A stretch of 63,973 nucleotides of DNA, filler included, from Intoshia linei (GCA_001642005.1; 4 parts of 4 records of this genome joined end to end with filler, not necessarily neighbours in it), one strand, 5' to 3'; shown: positions 14,726 through 27,541, counted from the first letter of the whole stretch. Numbers and translations are program-made. Notes: generated from the letters alone by a model not told the origin.

Positions 14726-15442
14726 CCAAGAAAGTAGATAATATCAATAAATTACAGACGAAAATCAGCAATTATGCATATAAAAGTAATATTCTACAAA
14801 TTTTGTTAGTTTACAATGATATTATCATTGTCCGGCAATAAATAACAAATTTTTAAATTTCTTTGTTATATATTATAAAAATTTTATTTTTCATATTCCT
14901 AACTTAACATTTATTCACTAATAGATCAAAATTCAATTATAATTATAGAGTAGCAGTGAAATTACATACCAAATACAAATACATACATTTATTAGTCATT
15001 GAGATATAGATATAATTAAATCAAAGTACACAATACGCTCTTTAAAATTCATTCTAACTCGTTAGATGGGTAAACGTTATAGAAAAGATAATTAATTAAT
15101 GAAATTTATCAAAATTATTACATTTTTATTTTTTTTGCAAAATTTGAAAATTTGTAATTGTACGATTTAAATATAACGGAAGATTATCGTACGTAACAAA
15201 ATTGACCATAACTATAATTTAAATTTTAAATTATATATGAAAATTTTGAATTATCAAGATTTTACAATAAAAAGCACCGTAAAATCAAAATCTAAAGTTT
15301 TAATCAAGTATTATAAAATATAACCAACAAGTTGACTAAAATAATAATGCTTATACTAATCAATTACATAGTATCTAAAATTTCTAAATGTATCCAAACT
15401 ACCAAAAACAAATAATGTGTAAAAATATCAATTTTTGATACC

Positions 15443-16947
15443 ATGTCCTTTTCTCTAGATGTGGTACATACACCTAGAAGAGATTCTGAGCGAAGTGACG
15501 CAGACGCAAGTACAAAAGTAATTTATACTTGATGAATTTTAATATTTAAATAAACTTTCAAATAGAAAAAAGAACAAATAAACCGAAAAAAATTGGAACC
15601 ATTCCACAAGAAAATTGTCTTAATAGAATCAAAAAGAATAATAACCGTATTTAACATATTATTGGCAAATATAAAATTATTATTTTCATACAAAACCATA
15701 CTCAGCAATGTAGATGAAACCAACAATGAAGATGATTCAATAGAATTTCTAAAAACACACGAAACATTGGAAAATGATTTGATGAACCAAAAACCCGAAA
15801 AAATTTCTCAAGATATGAAACAATTATTTTTAAATTCCACCAAAAATTTACTCCGATATCTAAATAATAAATATGAATCACAAATTGACAATTTCTATCA
15901 ATTGGCTCAAGTAAATTTAAACTTTGCTGAAAAAAATTTAGTCAAAAAATTGTACGAACTAAAAGATTATATGAATGAACGTTTATTATTGACACCAATT
16001 GAAATGAAGTTTAAGAAAAATTTTATTCGGCAAATTTCTGAACAAAATGATTCAAATCAAACGAGTATCAAAAAATTGGAAACTGAACTGTTTGAATTGT
16101 GTCAAAAGAGAGAAATGGAAGTAATTTACAATATTAAAATTTAAATTTATCATTTTATTATCCAGAGTGCTGAAAAAAAAAAGAAAATTCAAGAATTACA
16201 AAGATCAATTTATCATATACAAAAGTATTCAACTGAGTATATAGTGAAATTGAAAAATGAAAATCAAACAAAAATTGCAAATGAAAAGAAAATTAGTGAT
16301 GAAAAAAGGAGTAAATTACAATTGGAATACTCAAATTGTTCAACAAATAAACAAAATCTGATTAATGAAAATAGAACTTCGGAATATTCACTAAGAAAAG
16401 TCAAGTCTCAATATGAAATTAATATACAAGATATTATTAGCAAGTATGATAATGTTATGGAAAAACGACAGGTTTGTTTATTTTTTTTATTGTGTCATTT
16501 TTTAGGAGGAATATGAAATTATTGAAACAAAGTATATTGCTGAAAAAAAACAATTGGAGGAATTACAGGAACGATTTACAGAAATTGAGATTGAATATGA
16601 TTCAATTATTTTAAATCAAAAATTGAAGAAAGAAAAAGATGAAAGAAACGAAGTGATATATTTTTATTCATTTTCATTTAGTGATTATTATATAATTAAT
16701 AATATTGATCATAGAGTGTTGAATAGTATTTAATAGAGTTAATAATTTCATTAATGCATGGTTTTTCCAATTCGAAAACCCCATGATTAATGGACATGTA
16801 TAGACTAAACTAATTATTTAATAAATCTTTTAGTTTGAAAAAAAAATGAAATTGCGCGCAGCACATACCATACAAGCGTTCTGGCGATCTTATAAAGTGA
16901 GAAAATCTCTTAAAACTAAAAAGAAAAAAGGCAAAAATAAAAAATAA
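15443..16947 (+). CDS. DRC10: Dynein regulatory complex protein 10 (IQ domain-containing protein D)
   Basis: Five exons: 15443-15517, 15566-16120, 16166-16471, 16506-16652, 16834-16947. N-terminal LEPFHKKIVLIESKRIITVF, a long coiled coil, a C-terminal IQ motif AAHTIQAFWRSYKVRK and a Lys-rich tail. This matches the IQCD/DRC10 architecture. Confidence 0.85.
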
Positions 16948-17140
16948 AATGTTATCATAACTTTATAAAAGGATTGTGGATGTGGATTTTATTGTATCAT
17001 TTTATTGGGTGTATAATTCGCTTCTGGTCAACGAGGCTTAATATAGATTTACAAGACAATATACTTTTAAAGAAGTTAGATAATATAAAATACAATGTAT
17101 TTACATTTGGATATTACATTATCGTATATATAAAACAAAA

Positions 17141-19387
17141 CTACACAGATTCAGTCCACGTAATAGATTGATAATCAAAGTTAGCGTTTTCAATTTGATA
17201 ATGTAATTTTTCAGCATTCTTTGGATTACATGTAGCAAAAACTGCAATCTTTTTAACTGAAACAGCTATTCGACAAATTTGTGAAATATCATTAGTCGTT
17301 ATTTCCTCTGTAGCGTGTTTACATATAATAATGTATGTAGAGTGGCAGATTACTGGATCTTCTAAATAAAATTATTACACGCAAAAATAAGAATAACAAC
17401 ACAACATATTAAATATTAAAAAACCTTTATACAACATAAAATCGCCACCAAATTTGTAACCACACGTTAAAAAGTAGCCACGTTTCCATAAATCTTGAAA
17501 AATCAAAAAATTTAAAACAAATTTTTCATTGTTGAAATAAATACGCCATAATTCCTCTTTTGAAATTAGCTTGGTATCGCTTGAATTCCAACTATCTACA
17601 AACACAATAAAACATAAATTTTCACTTTTCGAAATATTTGGACATCATAAATAACCAATAATTTACAACAATGGGTCGGCAACCTTTTCTATATCTATTT
17701 TCCACTTTTTTATATCAAAAAATATTACGGGCACCGATTTTGAAAATTTACATTTTAACTGAAGAGAAACAGTTCTAGTATATTCTACAAAATATCATAC
17801 AGGGCGATCTAATAATTCAGAATAAAAATGATTATAATGAGCCAATTATAGTAGTAAATGTTTAAAACGGTGTTTAAAAGTTAAAAATTTAAAAATAATT
17901 AATTTACATATTTACTCAAAGGGCCACCAAACTTATTATGTTGGTTGGCCACTGGTTGCCGATTCCTGATTTACAACGATACATAATAATGTATTATTAT
18001 TTATTTTTTTATTTATTGACAGTAAAAAATTAATTAATTAAATAGGATTAATAGGATAAATAAGAATTAAAATGGACACTGTAAAATTCAAATTTTGAGA
18101 GCGCCTACAGAATGTAAAAAATAAAACTTATTTGGTGTTATTGTGACTACTACTAACAGATAAATTAGCAAATAAAAAAAAATTTTGGTATATATTTATA
18201 AGTTTTTAATAAAAAAATTTTTTTAAAAAGCTATTACTATTTTTCGATATGATAGTTATCAGGGCGGATTCAAGAGGTGCAAAAGGTGCAGTTGCACCCC
18301 CTAAATTTTTAATTAATGTTTTTTAAAATAACTGAAAAAGGTTTTAATTTATTAAAACAATATAGATGGTGCATAACATTACATTTTTTTTATTTTTGCG
18401 AAAAAATACAAATTTGGAAACTATTGTATAACAACCTTTAAATGAAATTAAAACAGACGCTTTAAAATCAAACTAGACGCCTTGATATTAAAAGAGACGC
18501 CCCTAAAATTTTTTAAAGTTAAATATATTGCTCGCTTCGCTCGCACCCCATTAACTAGCCTCTTGGATCCGCCCCTGGTTATTGGTGGGTGAAAAAGTAA
18601 ATACTATTTGAAAAACTATTATTGAATTATAAATAAATTAAGAGTGTAGGAACTTACCAATTGGAGAATAAATAAAATTGCTATTTACACCATCCAGGCA
18701 CCTTTCCAATTGGTGGCTTGTCAATTCAATATTATTTTCTTGCAGAAAAGAAAGTTTTTGTTTTCTTAAACTAATCAACTAAAATTTAAAATAAGTACAC
18801 CAAAGTAAATACATACACTTTTTGTATTAATTTTTACTTATTTATCTGTTATTTATCAATAAAATAATTTTAAACGCATCTTAAAATTTAAAATTCGACA
18901 ATTTCAAAATTTTATATCTTTACGGCCCAAACCCCAAATTACACTTTTTTGTAAAAATGAAAAAAATCCTATATTTGTATACAACATAAATTCTGGGATA
19001 ATTTTTAAAATCATAAGCACTATCATCAATGGCAATCTCATAAAAGATCATTTTCACGATCAAAACCCACATTACTTTTTTTTTTTAAAATGAACAGCCC
19101 TAGAATTAAAAAAAAATGACATAATATAATAAATTTCATTCATAATGATGACATTAAAAATTTCTGCCTCGGCAAAGCTAGGTGCTGTTTGTACGTAGTA
19201 CATAACAATCAACCTAGTTACTTTATATAAGTAAGGATAAATAAAATATTAATTAACAGTTAATTAAGTAGATTGTAATCATTAATACCTGCTGAGAAAA
19301 AAATTCCTTTTCATTATTTTTTAATTGCGCTGAATCACATATCTCATTTTTTGATTTCAATTCAGGAGCATAACATTTAGCTAAATC
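17141..19387 (-). CDS. TSEN34: tRNA-splicing endonuclease subunit Sen34 (5' partial)
   Basis: Spliced translation IFQDLWKRGYFLTCGYKFGGDFMLYKEDPVICHSTYII...CRIAVSVKKIAVFA...YQSITWTESV*, which keeps the Tyr/His/Lys catalytic positions of tRNA intron endonucleases. Upstream exons lie at ~18770-18658 and ~19386-19289. The start exon was not found. Confidence 0.85.
17669..17968. mobile_element. hAT MITE in a TSEN34 intron
   Basis: Ends CAATGGGTCGGCAACC / GGTTGCCGATTCCTG; perfect TSD ATTTACAA. Confidence 0.8.
18260..18577. mobile_element. TIR MITE
   Basis: TIR CAGGGCGGATTCAAGAGG / CCTCTTGGATCCGCCCCTG, with GTTAT on both sides (apparent 5-bp TSD). Confidence 0.75.
18895..19217 (+). mobile_element. 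Helitron-like element with an intact 3' end
   Basis: The body resembles the 13460 family (AACCCCAAATTAC, GCCCTAGAATT). It ends in a TGTTTGTAC-GTA-GTACATAACA hairpin followed by CTAG|T. Confidence 0.6.
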
Positions 19388-19842
19388 TAAAAATACAATG
19401 TATAAGAAATAATAAAATAATCACTGAACAATGAAAATACTAAAATAATCCATAAAATGACATAAATTAAACCATTACATTAAAAAAATACTAAAATTAA
19501 ATAGCATATCACTATTTTAATAACCAATAAAGTCACATGCACCAAAGTACGAAACCCTCCTAAATTATAAATCAATGGACTTATCAGATTGTTATTACAA
19601 AATTAAAAATATTTCAGTAGACTTTTTAAATATTAACATACAGTCGATTATTTTCTATGTAAACAGTCTGAAATGTGAAATCGGCTGGAAAAATCTCGTC
19701 ATTGAAAATAATAGATTTCATGAAAACTATCTGCAAATTTAAAAATGTCAATTAATACTTCAAAATAGTTTTATTCATATAAAAATCTGGGTACAGTAAT
19801 ATATCAGAAATATAATAAAGATAATAGTACATATACAATGTA

Positions 19843-20576
19843 AACTGCACCGCAAAACTATGTGCAAATTCCAAATTTTGCCATTAAATATATTTATATT
19901 ATTCTAAATTAACTCTTATCATGACATATCAATATGACCTTGAATCTTAACTAATATGCAAAATTTCGCGACATTTTATCATCTAATTATCTAAATAATT
20001 AACAATTCAATTTTACATTCTAAAATTTTTGTCGCAAAACTATGTGCAATTATATTTATTAAATTTTTTAATTGAGTTTACTATCATAAAAACTTATTTT
20101 TAAAATGCCAAAACGTGGTAACTTATTATCGAAGTTTGAACAAGGTGTAATACAATCTCTTACCGAAGAAAAGGTACCTATTGGCCAAATTGCAGATAGA
20201 TTAGAAAGATTATATATATGCATAAAAAATTACCTTCTGAGAAGTAAGCCTTACACTCGTGGAGGTGGAAGACCTCAATTATTGGATAATAGAACGAAAA
20301 GGCATATCTGCCTTGAACTTATAAAAGATAATTCTCCTACTGCAGCACGTTTAATAGCTGATTTAAATCTCAATGTCTTAAAAGATACGGTGTACAGGTA
20401 ATATATAATTATATTGTCAAAACAATTTAGATTTTTGGCTAAAAATGGTTACAAATATGTCCCATATTTTAAAGCACCATTATTGTCACCACCTAATAAG
20501 AAGAATAGATTAAAATGGGCACAGGAAACGCTATTAAAATTAACAACAAAAAAATTGAACTTGGAACAGGTAACAT
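19843..20576 (+). mobile_element. Tc1/Tc3-like transposon, 5' half (transposase ATG 20105, intron 20398-20430), truncated by an assembly gap
   Basis: MPKRGNLLSKFEQ...GRPQLLDNRTKRHI...TAARLIADLNLNV (paired-like HTH) continues after a 33-nt GT-AG intron as YRFLAKNGY...KAPLLSPPNKKNRLKWA. The motif CGCAAAACTATGTGCAA is repeated at 19851 and 20033. Confidence 0.85.
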
Positions 20577-20676
20577 NNNNNNNNNNNNNNNNNNNNNNNN
20601 NNNNNNNNNNNNNNNNNNNNTTAATTAATTAANNNNNNNNNNNNNNNNNNNNNNNNNNNNNNNNNNNNNNNNNNNN
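20577..20676. other. Scaffold gap with TTAATTAATTAA linker
   Basis: N44-TTAATTAATTAA-N44. Confidence 0.98.
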
Positions 20677-21165
20677 GACTTTTATACAATTACTCATAGT
20701 ATAATTGGTGGCTTTTTACGAAAAAAAAAAATTTCCAAACCCTATTGTACATACCATTATGTAATTAATTATTTTTATTCTACGATAAAAGCAAAAATGC
20801 TGTGTCAGTTTATAAGTAATATTTAATCTTTACGTTCTATATTAAATACCATTTTAGTTTGAAAAATTGGTATATTCCAATTAACATATTATCATAAAAA
20901 ATTTTACATTGGTAAATGAAAAAAATTATTTATAAAAAAGTGTATAAACTATAACGGTGCCTCCCAAAGAAAAAACATTGTGAACTCAAAAGTTAATAAA
21001 TAAAATAATTTATCATGAATCCTTAAAATATTTTTACATTACATATTTACGTTAAAATTCTAATAACATTTTTAATTAGTCAATTATTTCATTAAAGTTT
21101 GTGAATAAAGTTTTTATTTCCAAATTTTTTCTCTGAAATTGAAAATCTGAAAAATAATTCTATAT

Positions 21166-21469
21166 ACAAAGATCAATTTTATACATATACGACGTATATG
21201 TGTAAGTAAAAAGATAAAAATTTTTTATTACCGACTATGCATATTACATAATGATATTGTATAATGATAATAAACATGAATTCATCGACATTACCTAATT
21301 TCGGGTAGTGCCGAACACACCGTACGGCCAGACCACTTTCGAGGTGTCGGCGAAATTTTAGTAAAATGGGGTTAATTTGTCAAATTTTGAGTATTTAAAA
21401 AAAACGTAAAATTTAAGTCCGCACTTCAAAACCATAAAAGGTTGATAGGGACTATGTAGCATTACGCAT
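21166..21469 (+). repeat. 304-bp dispersed duplicate, copy 1 (contains an SL-RNA-like structured core)
   Basis: Matches 29546-29849 with 3 mismatches by eye. Confidence 0.9.
21270..21390 (+). ncRNA. Candidate spliced-leader-like / Sm-class small RNA, copy 1
   Basis: Stem ATTACCT/GGGTAGT containing a GG|GTAG donor, then a GC-rich stem GCCGA..TCGGC, then the Sm-like AAATTTTAG. Boundaries are approximate and this is inference only. Confidence 0.35.
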
Positions 21470-23271
21470 GAGATAAATGATTTTCAAACTTACAAATTTT
21501 CAAAAATATTTTTTCTTTTTCATCGGTCCATACTAGAATTAAAACGAGTGAATATGGATATATTAAACAATACTTAAACTTAAATTATACTTTTATAATA
21601 GTATCATATATAGGATTATATAATTATATATATTGTATAATTTGTAATGGGATAGCTAAGATATATACCACCTTACTAAAGTAATACTTTCCACTATCAA
21701 TATTAACAAAATAATTTATTTGGTTGATCAAATTTAACTGTCTCTAATTAGAGACAGTTACTATAATAGGTACTTTAGTGGTAAATTTATGAAATTTATC
21801 TCTGAATAAAATCTAATAAATGTAATCTAAAATAATGAATTAATGTTATGATGGATTCCTGATATAATAAATACAGGGTTATACATTTAATCCTTTATGT
21901 GTATACATTATATAACTTATATTGCGTGAACCTTTGAGAAGCACTGACCTACATATTTTTATAACATTTTTTTCACAAGTTATGTGTGAATTGTATTTTT
22001 TCTCTAAAATTATGTAAGGACAAAATTTTAACATAAACAATTGATAGAATTGATAAAATAATATTTATTATATATTAATTTAATATTGATTAAAATTGTT
22101 TCAAAAAATAAATACTCGCTACAATGTAACATTTAAAAACAAGACTGCGATAGACTGCAGTGGTTGTCAACCGTTTTATAGAATTTCCCTACATTTAAGA
22201 CTAAATATATTGTAAAAAAATGATAGGCGTATTCAATACGCCGTATTGTATTTTATAAATTGAAAAAATTTATATTTGGAAACGTCCAACCCGTTACTCA
22301 GCTAGTTTATACAAAGTGCATAAGATACAAGCTGGTTAATTACCAGCGGTTGTATATAAATAAAAATATTTTCGTCACTTTTAAAAAATTAAAAAAAAAG
22401 TCAAATAATTCCAATAAAAGGTTGAAATCTCTGCTGCAATTAAAACATAAATAATTATCAATGTAATAATGTCATCTTTTTACAAATAATTTAAGATTTT
22501 AATAAGTAAAAATTTACAAGCTTCTATCAAAAAAATTATAAAATTAATGTACAATGTATATAAAATAGATAATAATGTCTAAATATATTACTTTCAAGAC
22601 CTAAATATAAAATGTATAAAATTATATGGAAATTAATAAGAAATACAATGTAACCCTATTCATCGTGATTTTTTTTAAATTTTAGGACTTTTTTTAATAT
22701 TTAATAAAGGGTCATTTTTGATTTTGATCGTAAAACGGCAAATTATTAAGGTTACGATGTATGATAATGCTCATGACTTTAAAAAAAAGATAATTTAGTT
22801 TTTAGTAATTCTAAGACTTCATTTTTTAATTAAACGGTAACATTGTATCCATTTTAGCGTATCAAATATATCTAAAGTTCTCAAATATTTGACCGCTTTT
22901 ATAGAGTATACAATTAATTCGTCATAGCCCAACATTGCACCTAAGAGTAAGGTATTTTTAGTCATGTATATTATATACAAATCTGACTGCACTGATTTGC
23001 ACAAGTAAACAAATTTTAAAATTAGCTAGTCACTTATGAAATCGACTTTTTAAACTTAAGAATAATTTAAATTTACTTTCTAAATAAATATTTTTAAACT
23101 AGAGTAAAACCGAGATTGATACACTTGTGATATTTTTAAAATATTTTACTGGCTACATAAACAATTCATAATGATTATTTTGTTAACACATTTGTTAATG
23201 ATAAGATTTTGGTAATAGCAAACGTGAGATAAATTTAAATATATCAGCTTTAGCAGTCATTTTTTGGGGCG

Positions 23272-23715
23272 TCTACTTATATCCAACGATTTGTACTAAA
23301 AATCAAAATATAACAACCCTTAAGGGTAGAATCCAGTTTTACCAACCCTAAAAGGAAAAATCCACGTTGACCCTTTTGAATCAAAAAGTGTATATTTATT
23401 TAGATATGGTTTACTGTGAATTTATATGAATATATAATTACGCAAGACTTATAAAATTACATGAACTATTTCAGAAAACATAAAAAATATTCCACTTTAA
23501 AAAATAGTAGTTTGTCAATTTTGTAACGAAAATTAAACGAAAATCCTAAGCACACTTTAATTGTTACTTTTTTAACATTTTATTGATTTTCTATAATATT
23601 TATTTATGGATTTTGTTTTTAAAGGTTGATAATATGGAATTTTCCCTTTAGGGTGGTAAATTTTGATTTTATGTAAAAATGATTGTATTTAAGTACAAAT
23701 TGTTGGATGTTAGTA
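23272..23715. mobile_element. Foldback-like element with tandem subrepeat arms
   Basis: The left end GTCTACTTATATCCAACGATTTGTACTAAAAATCAAAAT matches the reverse complement of 53205-53241. TTTTACCAACCCT(T/A)AA-GG-AAAATCC units appear inverted at the right arm. Confidence 0.6.
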
Positions 23716-24194
23716 AATTTGATTGCATTAATAAAGTAATTATTGCAAAAAATGTTAATATATTGCTGAAAAAACTAAGAAATATTTTGTCAATAATTTA
23801 ATTGAGCCTATTTCAGGCTTTACACGATATTCCATGGAATGGTAGGGTTAAAAATTTTTCATTATAAAATTGGGCCAGAATTGTGTAACCATATACACGA
23901 ATCAAGTAAATTCTTAATACTGTATTAAAAAAATTATAGGTCTGTGGAGACTTTACTAAGATTATTATATTTTGAATAAATGTTAATTCATGTTGGTATG
24001 ATAACTTTGGTAAAACCCCGTTAATTTACAAAAAATCAATTACTTTTACATTACTAATTTATTTTGCAGGATTATTTGTTATAATTAGAGCCGATAGAAG
24101 TTAATTACTATATGATTAGGAGAATGAAAAAATAAAGTATTATCCCTATATTAAAGAGCATTTGATAACCTTATGCATACCCATTAGTGTAGAT

Positions 24195-24481
24195 GAGGGG
24201 TCGGCAACCTTTTGCATCTCGTGGGCCCCATTTTTAAAAATTTAAACATAATAGATTTCAATTTTAACTGAAGAGAAACGTTTATAGTATTTCAACAAAA
24301 TAAAATCACGGACGATCTGAAAATTCAGTATTAAAATGATTATATATAATATAATGAGCGAATTATAGTAGAAAATGTTTAAAACGGTTTGTTAAATTGA
24401 AAAATTCAAAAATAAATAATTTACATATTTACTCCAAGGACCATCAAAATTATTATATGGGCCACTGGTTACCGAGCCCTG
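24195..24481. mobile_element. hAT MITE
   Basis: Ends GAGGGGTCGGCAACC / GGTTACCGAGCCCTG; TSD GTGTAGAT / ATGTAGAT. Confidence 0.8.
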
Positions 24482-25284
24482 ATGTAGATTGTCTAATTTG
24501 ATGTTACTATTATAATTATTGCTGTTTTTGCGACAATTCCTTATCAAACCTATTAAACCATCTGTTTGTTACCAAAAAATCGATAGTATTTTTAACAGCA
24601 AAAATACAACAATAATCCTGCATATCCGAATCTACCATTCTCGACCCCTCGAAAATGAAAAAAATGCATACCAAATCAATAATGATGCGTAAAAGTCATA
24701 TAGCTCCTAGCCACCTCTTCATTGGACTGGGTTGATGTAATGGTATTGAAAAAGTAAATTTCTTTTTTAAATGCTGAATTATTGTACTATAGAGTGGTCT
24801 CAATTTCACAAAAATTTTATCAAACCCCGAGGAGTCTCGGTTAGGTAAATGCGGCTCTGCATCCGTGGATATAAAACTTTTATACATAAATTATTTAATT
24901 TTATAATGTTATTACCAATGTCTGAAATTAATACATTAAAATAAATTTTAATTATCTATAAAATTGAACTACAGGCCCACATTGTGAATGACTAATTGAA
25001 TTTATTTTACAATTATTATTATATAAAATATAACTACCCGCTATATATTATTATTTACGTATTTTTAAATATTTTATATTTTTATACTAGCATATAATTT
25101 AATTATAATGAATGATATAATATATTGGTATTTACTAGCTAACAATGTTAATGACATTTAGTTTATGGACATTTAATCGAATTTAAATATAGTTTCAATC
25201 AATTAATAATATGTTGTACCGACTATTATTTATAATAAGGATTATATTATAATAATATTTATATCTTACTTAGATTATATTAAC

Positions 25285-26046
25285 TAGTGTTTCCAAAATT
25301 TCGAAGACTGTAAAACCGGTTCAAGACGCTTGAACATATTAAAACCTGGTTTAAAATCAGACGACAAATAAAAATATTTAGTGTACATCACATTTAAACA
25401 TACATACTTATTATATATTATTGTTTTGTATATACGATAGTAAAAATAAAATTGCGTTAAGCACTAACAAATCTAATTTGATCCTTTTTGGGCATAGAAA
25501 GTTTGATAGTTTGGAAAATATAAATTCAGATTCAATACTCGACTGCTTTATCGTTAATAGTCTCATCAGCTCGCCTTATAAAAACACATTCTTCGTTTGT
25601 TATTCTATATATCAATAAAGGTTCTTTTATTAAAAGTTGTTTTCTTCTTGGTGTATTTAAATAATCACTTAATATATCATTATCTACTATATTTGACTCA
25701 GGTCATTCTTCTTTAGATAAATAAATACATTTGCAAATATATTCCACATTACTCAACACATTAATAAAGCTTACAATAAATTCAATTTTTATTTTTTTCG
25801 CGTAAAATGGGAAAATGGAATTTTTAAATTCATTTAGATTATTTAAATATAATAAACTAGATATTAATTTTATTTTTTGCCACTGCATATAATGTTTTTT
25901 TAATGAATTTGGTAATTATTAAGCCACTTAAAATTCTCTTTCTTTAATAATAATAAACCGGTTATAATAATAATAATTATAATAAGACAAACCCGGTTTT
26001 TTCTGAAATGAAAAAAATCCAGGTCTTGAAACGGTTTTGAACATTA
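25285..26046 (-). mobile_element. Internally deleted hAT element retaining the C-terminal dimerisation domain
   Basis: Ends TAGTGTTTCCAAAA / TTTTGAACATTA; perfect TSD ATATTAAC. The minus strand reads LLTIKQSSIESEFIFSKLSNFLCPKRIKLDLLVLNAILFL, a hATC-like S.ESER.FS motif. Confidence 0.75.
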
Positions 26047-26767
26047 ATATTAACTATTTAAATAGTTTAAGATTAAGGATTTCAAACTGATTAATATAAA
26101 ATGTATTACCATCTATTAAATAATAAAATATGTTAAGTTTTTTTTTTTTAATTAATATTAAATTTACCTACTACAAATTTTAATATAATATTATTTACTA
26201 ATTAATTTTTGTAATTTTTGTATTGATATACACTGTATATTAAGGGGTCCCACAAAAAATAAATAATTATATTTTTGAATGTCATATGACTCATAGCTAT
26301 ATTATCATAGCTTATTACAATTATGTAGTTATTAAATGTAAAAAAATCACAGTTCCAAGATATCAATATATTTCAATGAAAATTGAAGATTTATTTTTCC
26401 AAATTTTACAGTAGATATTATTTGAAAGATACTATCATCCTAAGAATATTATTTATAATAACACGTGATACACCTCAATGTACAATCACAACATTTTATA
26501 GTAAATGTTAATTTTAATAATTAGATAAGAAACATAAATTCTGAATTTAAAAAATATGATTACACACTAAATTCTATTATGATCAAAAAAGAAAGTATAA
26601 AGTATTATAAATAATATTTATTTATTATAATTTTTCTTAATATATAATTATACAACAGTGCTCTTTACCCATTTTTATCTCGCGGAACACTATTATCCAT
26701 GAAAATTGTATTAAAATTAAATTATACAAGTATCATAATAATTTACCGATATTTTCTCGATAAAGAC

Positions 26768-26949
26768 CAGGGATTGGAAATAATTGATTTTTTTCATATA
26801 ATTCAAAAAATTTAAATGTAGAACAAAAGCATCCTAGTATATTCATTATAACCACATGACCAGTTTTTTAAAAATGATTATGATATTGTTATCAATCTTC
26901 AATTACAATTGTAATTAAATTGGTTGAAATCAATTAATTCCAATCCCTG
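26768..26949. mobile_element. hAT-type MITE
   Basis: TIR CAGGGATTGGAA-TAATTGATTT / AAATCAATTAATTCCAATCCCTG; perfect TSD ATAAAGAC. Confidence 0.8.
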
Positions 26950-27185
26950 ATAAAGACTAGTTAGTAGCACTGTCATATTATATGATCATATAATTATAAT
27001 TATTTATTAAATGTATTGATGCAATATAAAAATGATACGTGCTAAATTTATTTTATTTAATATTTAATCATAACTTAATAAAGCGATAAACCGGTATTCC
27101 GGCCTTTCAATAATGCAAATATTTTATCATATTTTAATAAAATCAAATTTTCAAATATAAAAACAAATCTTGCATTCCCCTAAAT

Positions 27186-27541
27186 CAGTGGTTCACAATT
27201 GGAGATATCTGGACCTGTGACATTCAAATAAAATATAAAAAAAATTTATCAACTTTTGTTTAATTTTAGAATTTTTGATATTTATTACAGAGTTACTAGA
27301 TGTTGAAAAATCTTATTTTACCAAATCTAATCTAAATCAAAATAAAAAATCAATTTACCAACCTAACTTAAGGGAAAACCACTTTTTTCCAATATTTTTT
27401 TGAAAAACACGATTTTACCAAATCTTATGAGTAAAAACCTTTCATTTATACATAAATGATATATTTCATGTTTCCTTGAGGTTCAAAAAAATGAATATTT
27501 TGAAATGGGGATCCGTACACTATTTGAATCGGAAGCCTCAG
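27186..27541. mobile_element. Degenerate hAT MITE
   Basis: Starts CAGTGGTTCACAATTGG; TSD CCCTAAAT / CCCTACAT. The interior resembles 35667-36130. Confidence 0.55.

Noticed and set aside
15061-15075. RFX X-box upstream of DRC10 (GTTAGATGGGTAAAC)
   Set aside because: Only a partial match to the consensus and not distinguishable from chance.
19523-19559. Possible extra 5' exon of TSEN34
   Set aside because: It is splice-bounded, but its translation shows no resemblance to the expected Sen34 N-terminal motif.
20621-20632. TTAATTAATTAA as a biological motif or piggyBac target
   Set aside because: It is centred identically in all three N-gaps and is an artificial linker.
21290-21390. HDV-like or hammerhead ribozyme, U1 or U7 snRNA readings of the GC-rich core
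   Set aside because: No CTGATGA core, no HDV P3/L3 (TCCTCG-like) loop and no U1 ATTGCAC loop. The AATTTGTC lacks TAG and a following hairpin.
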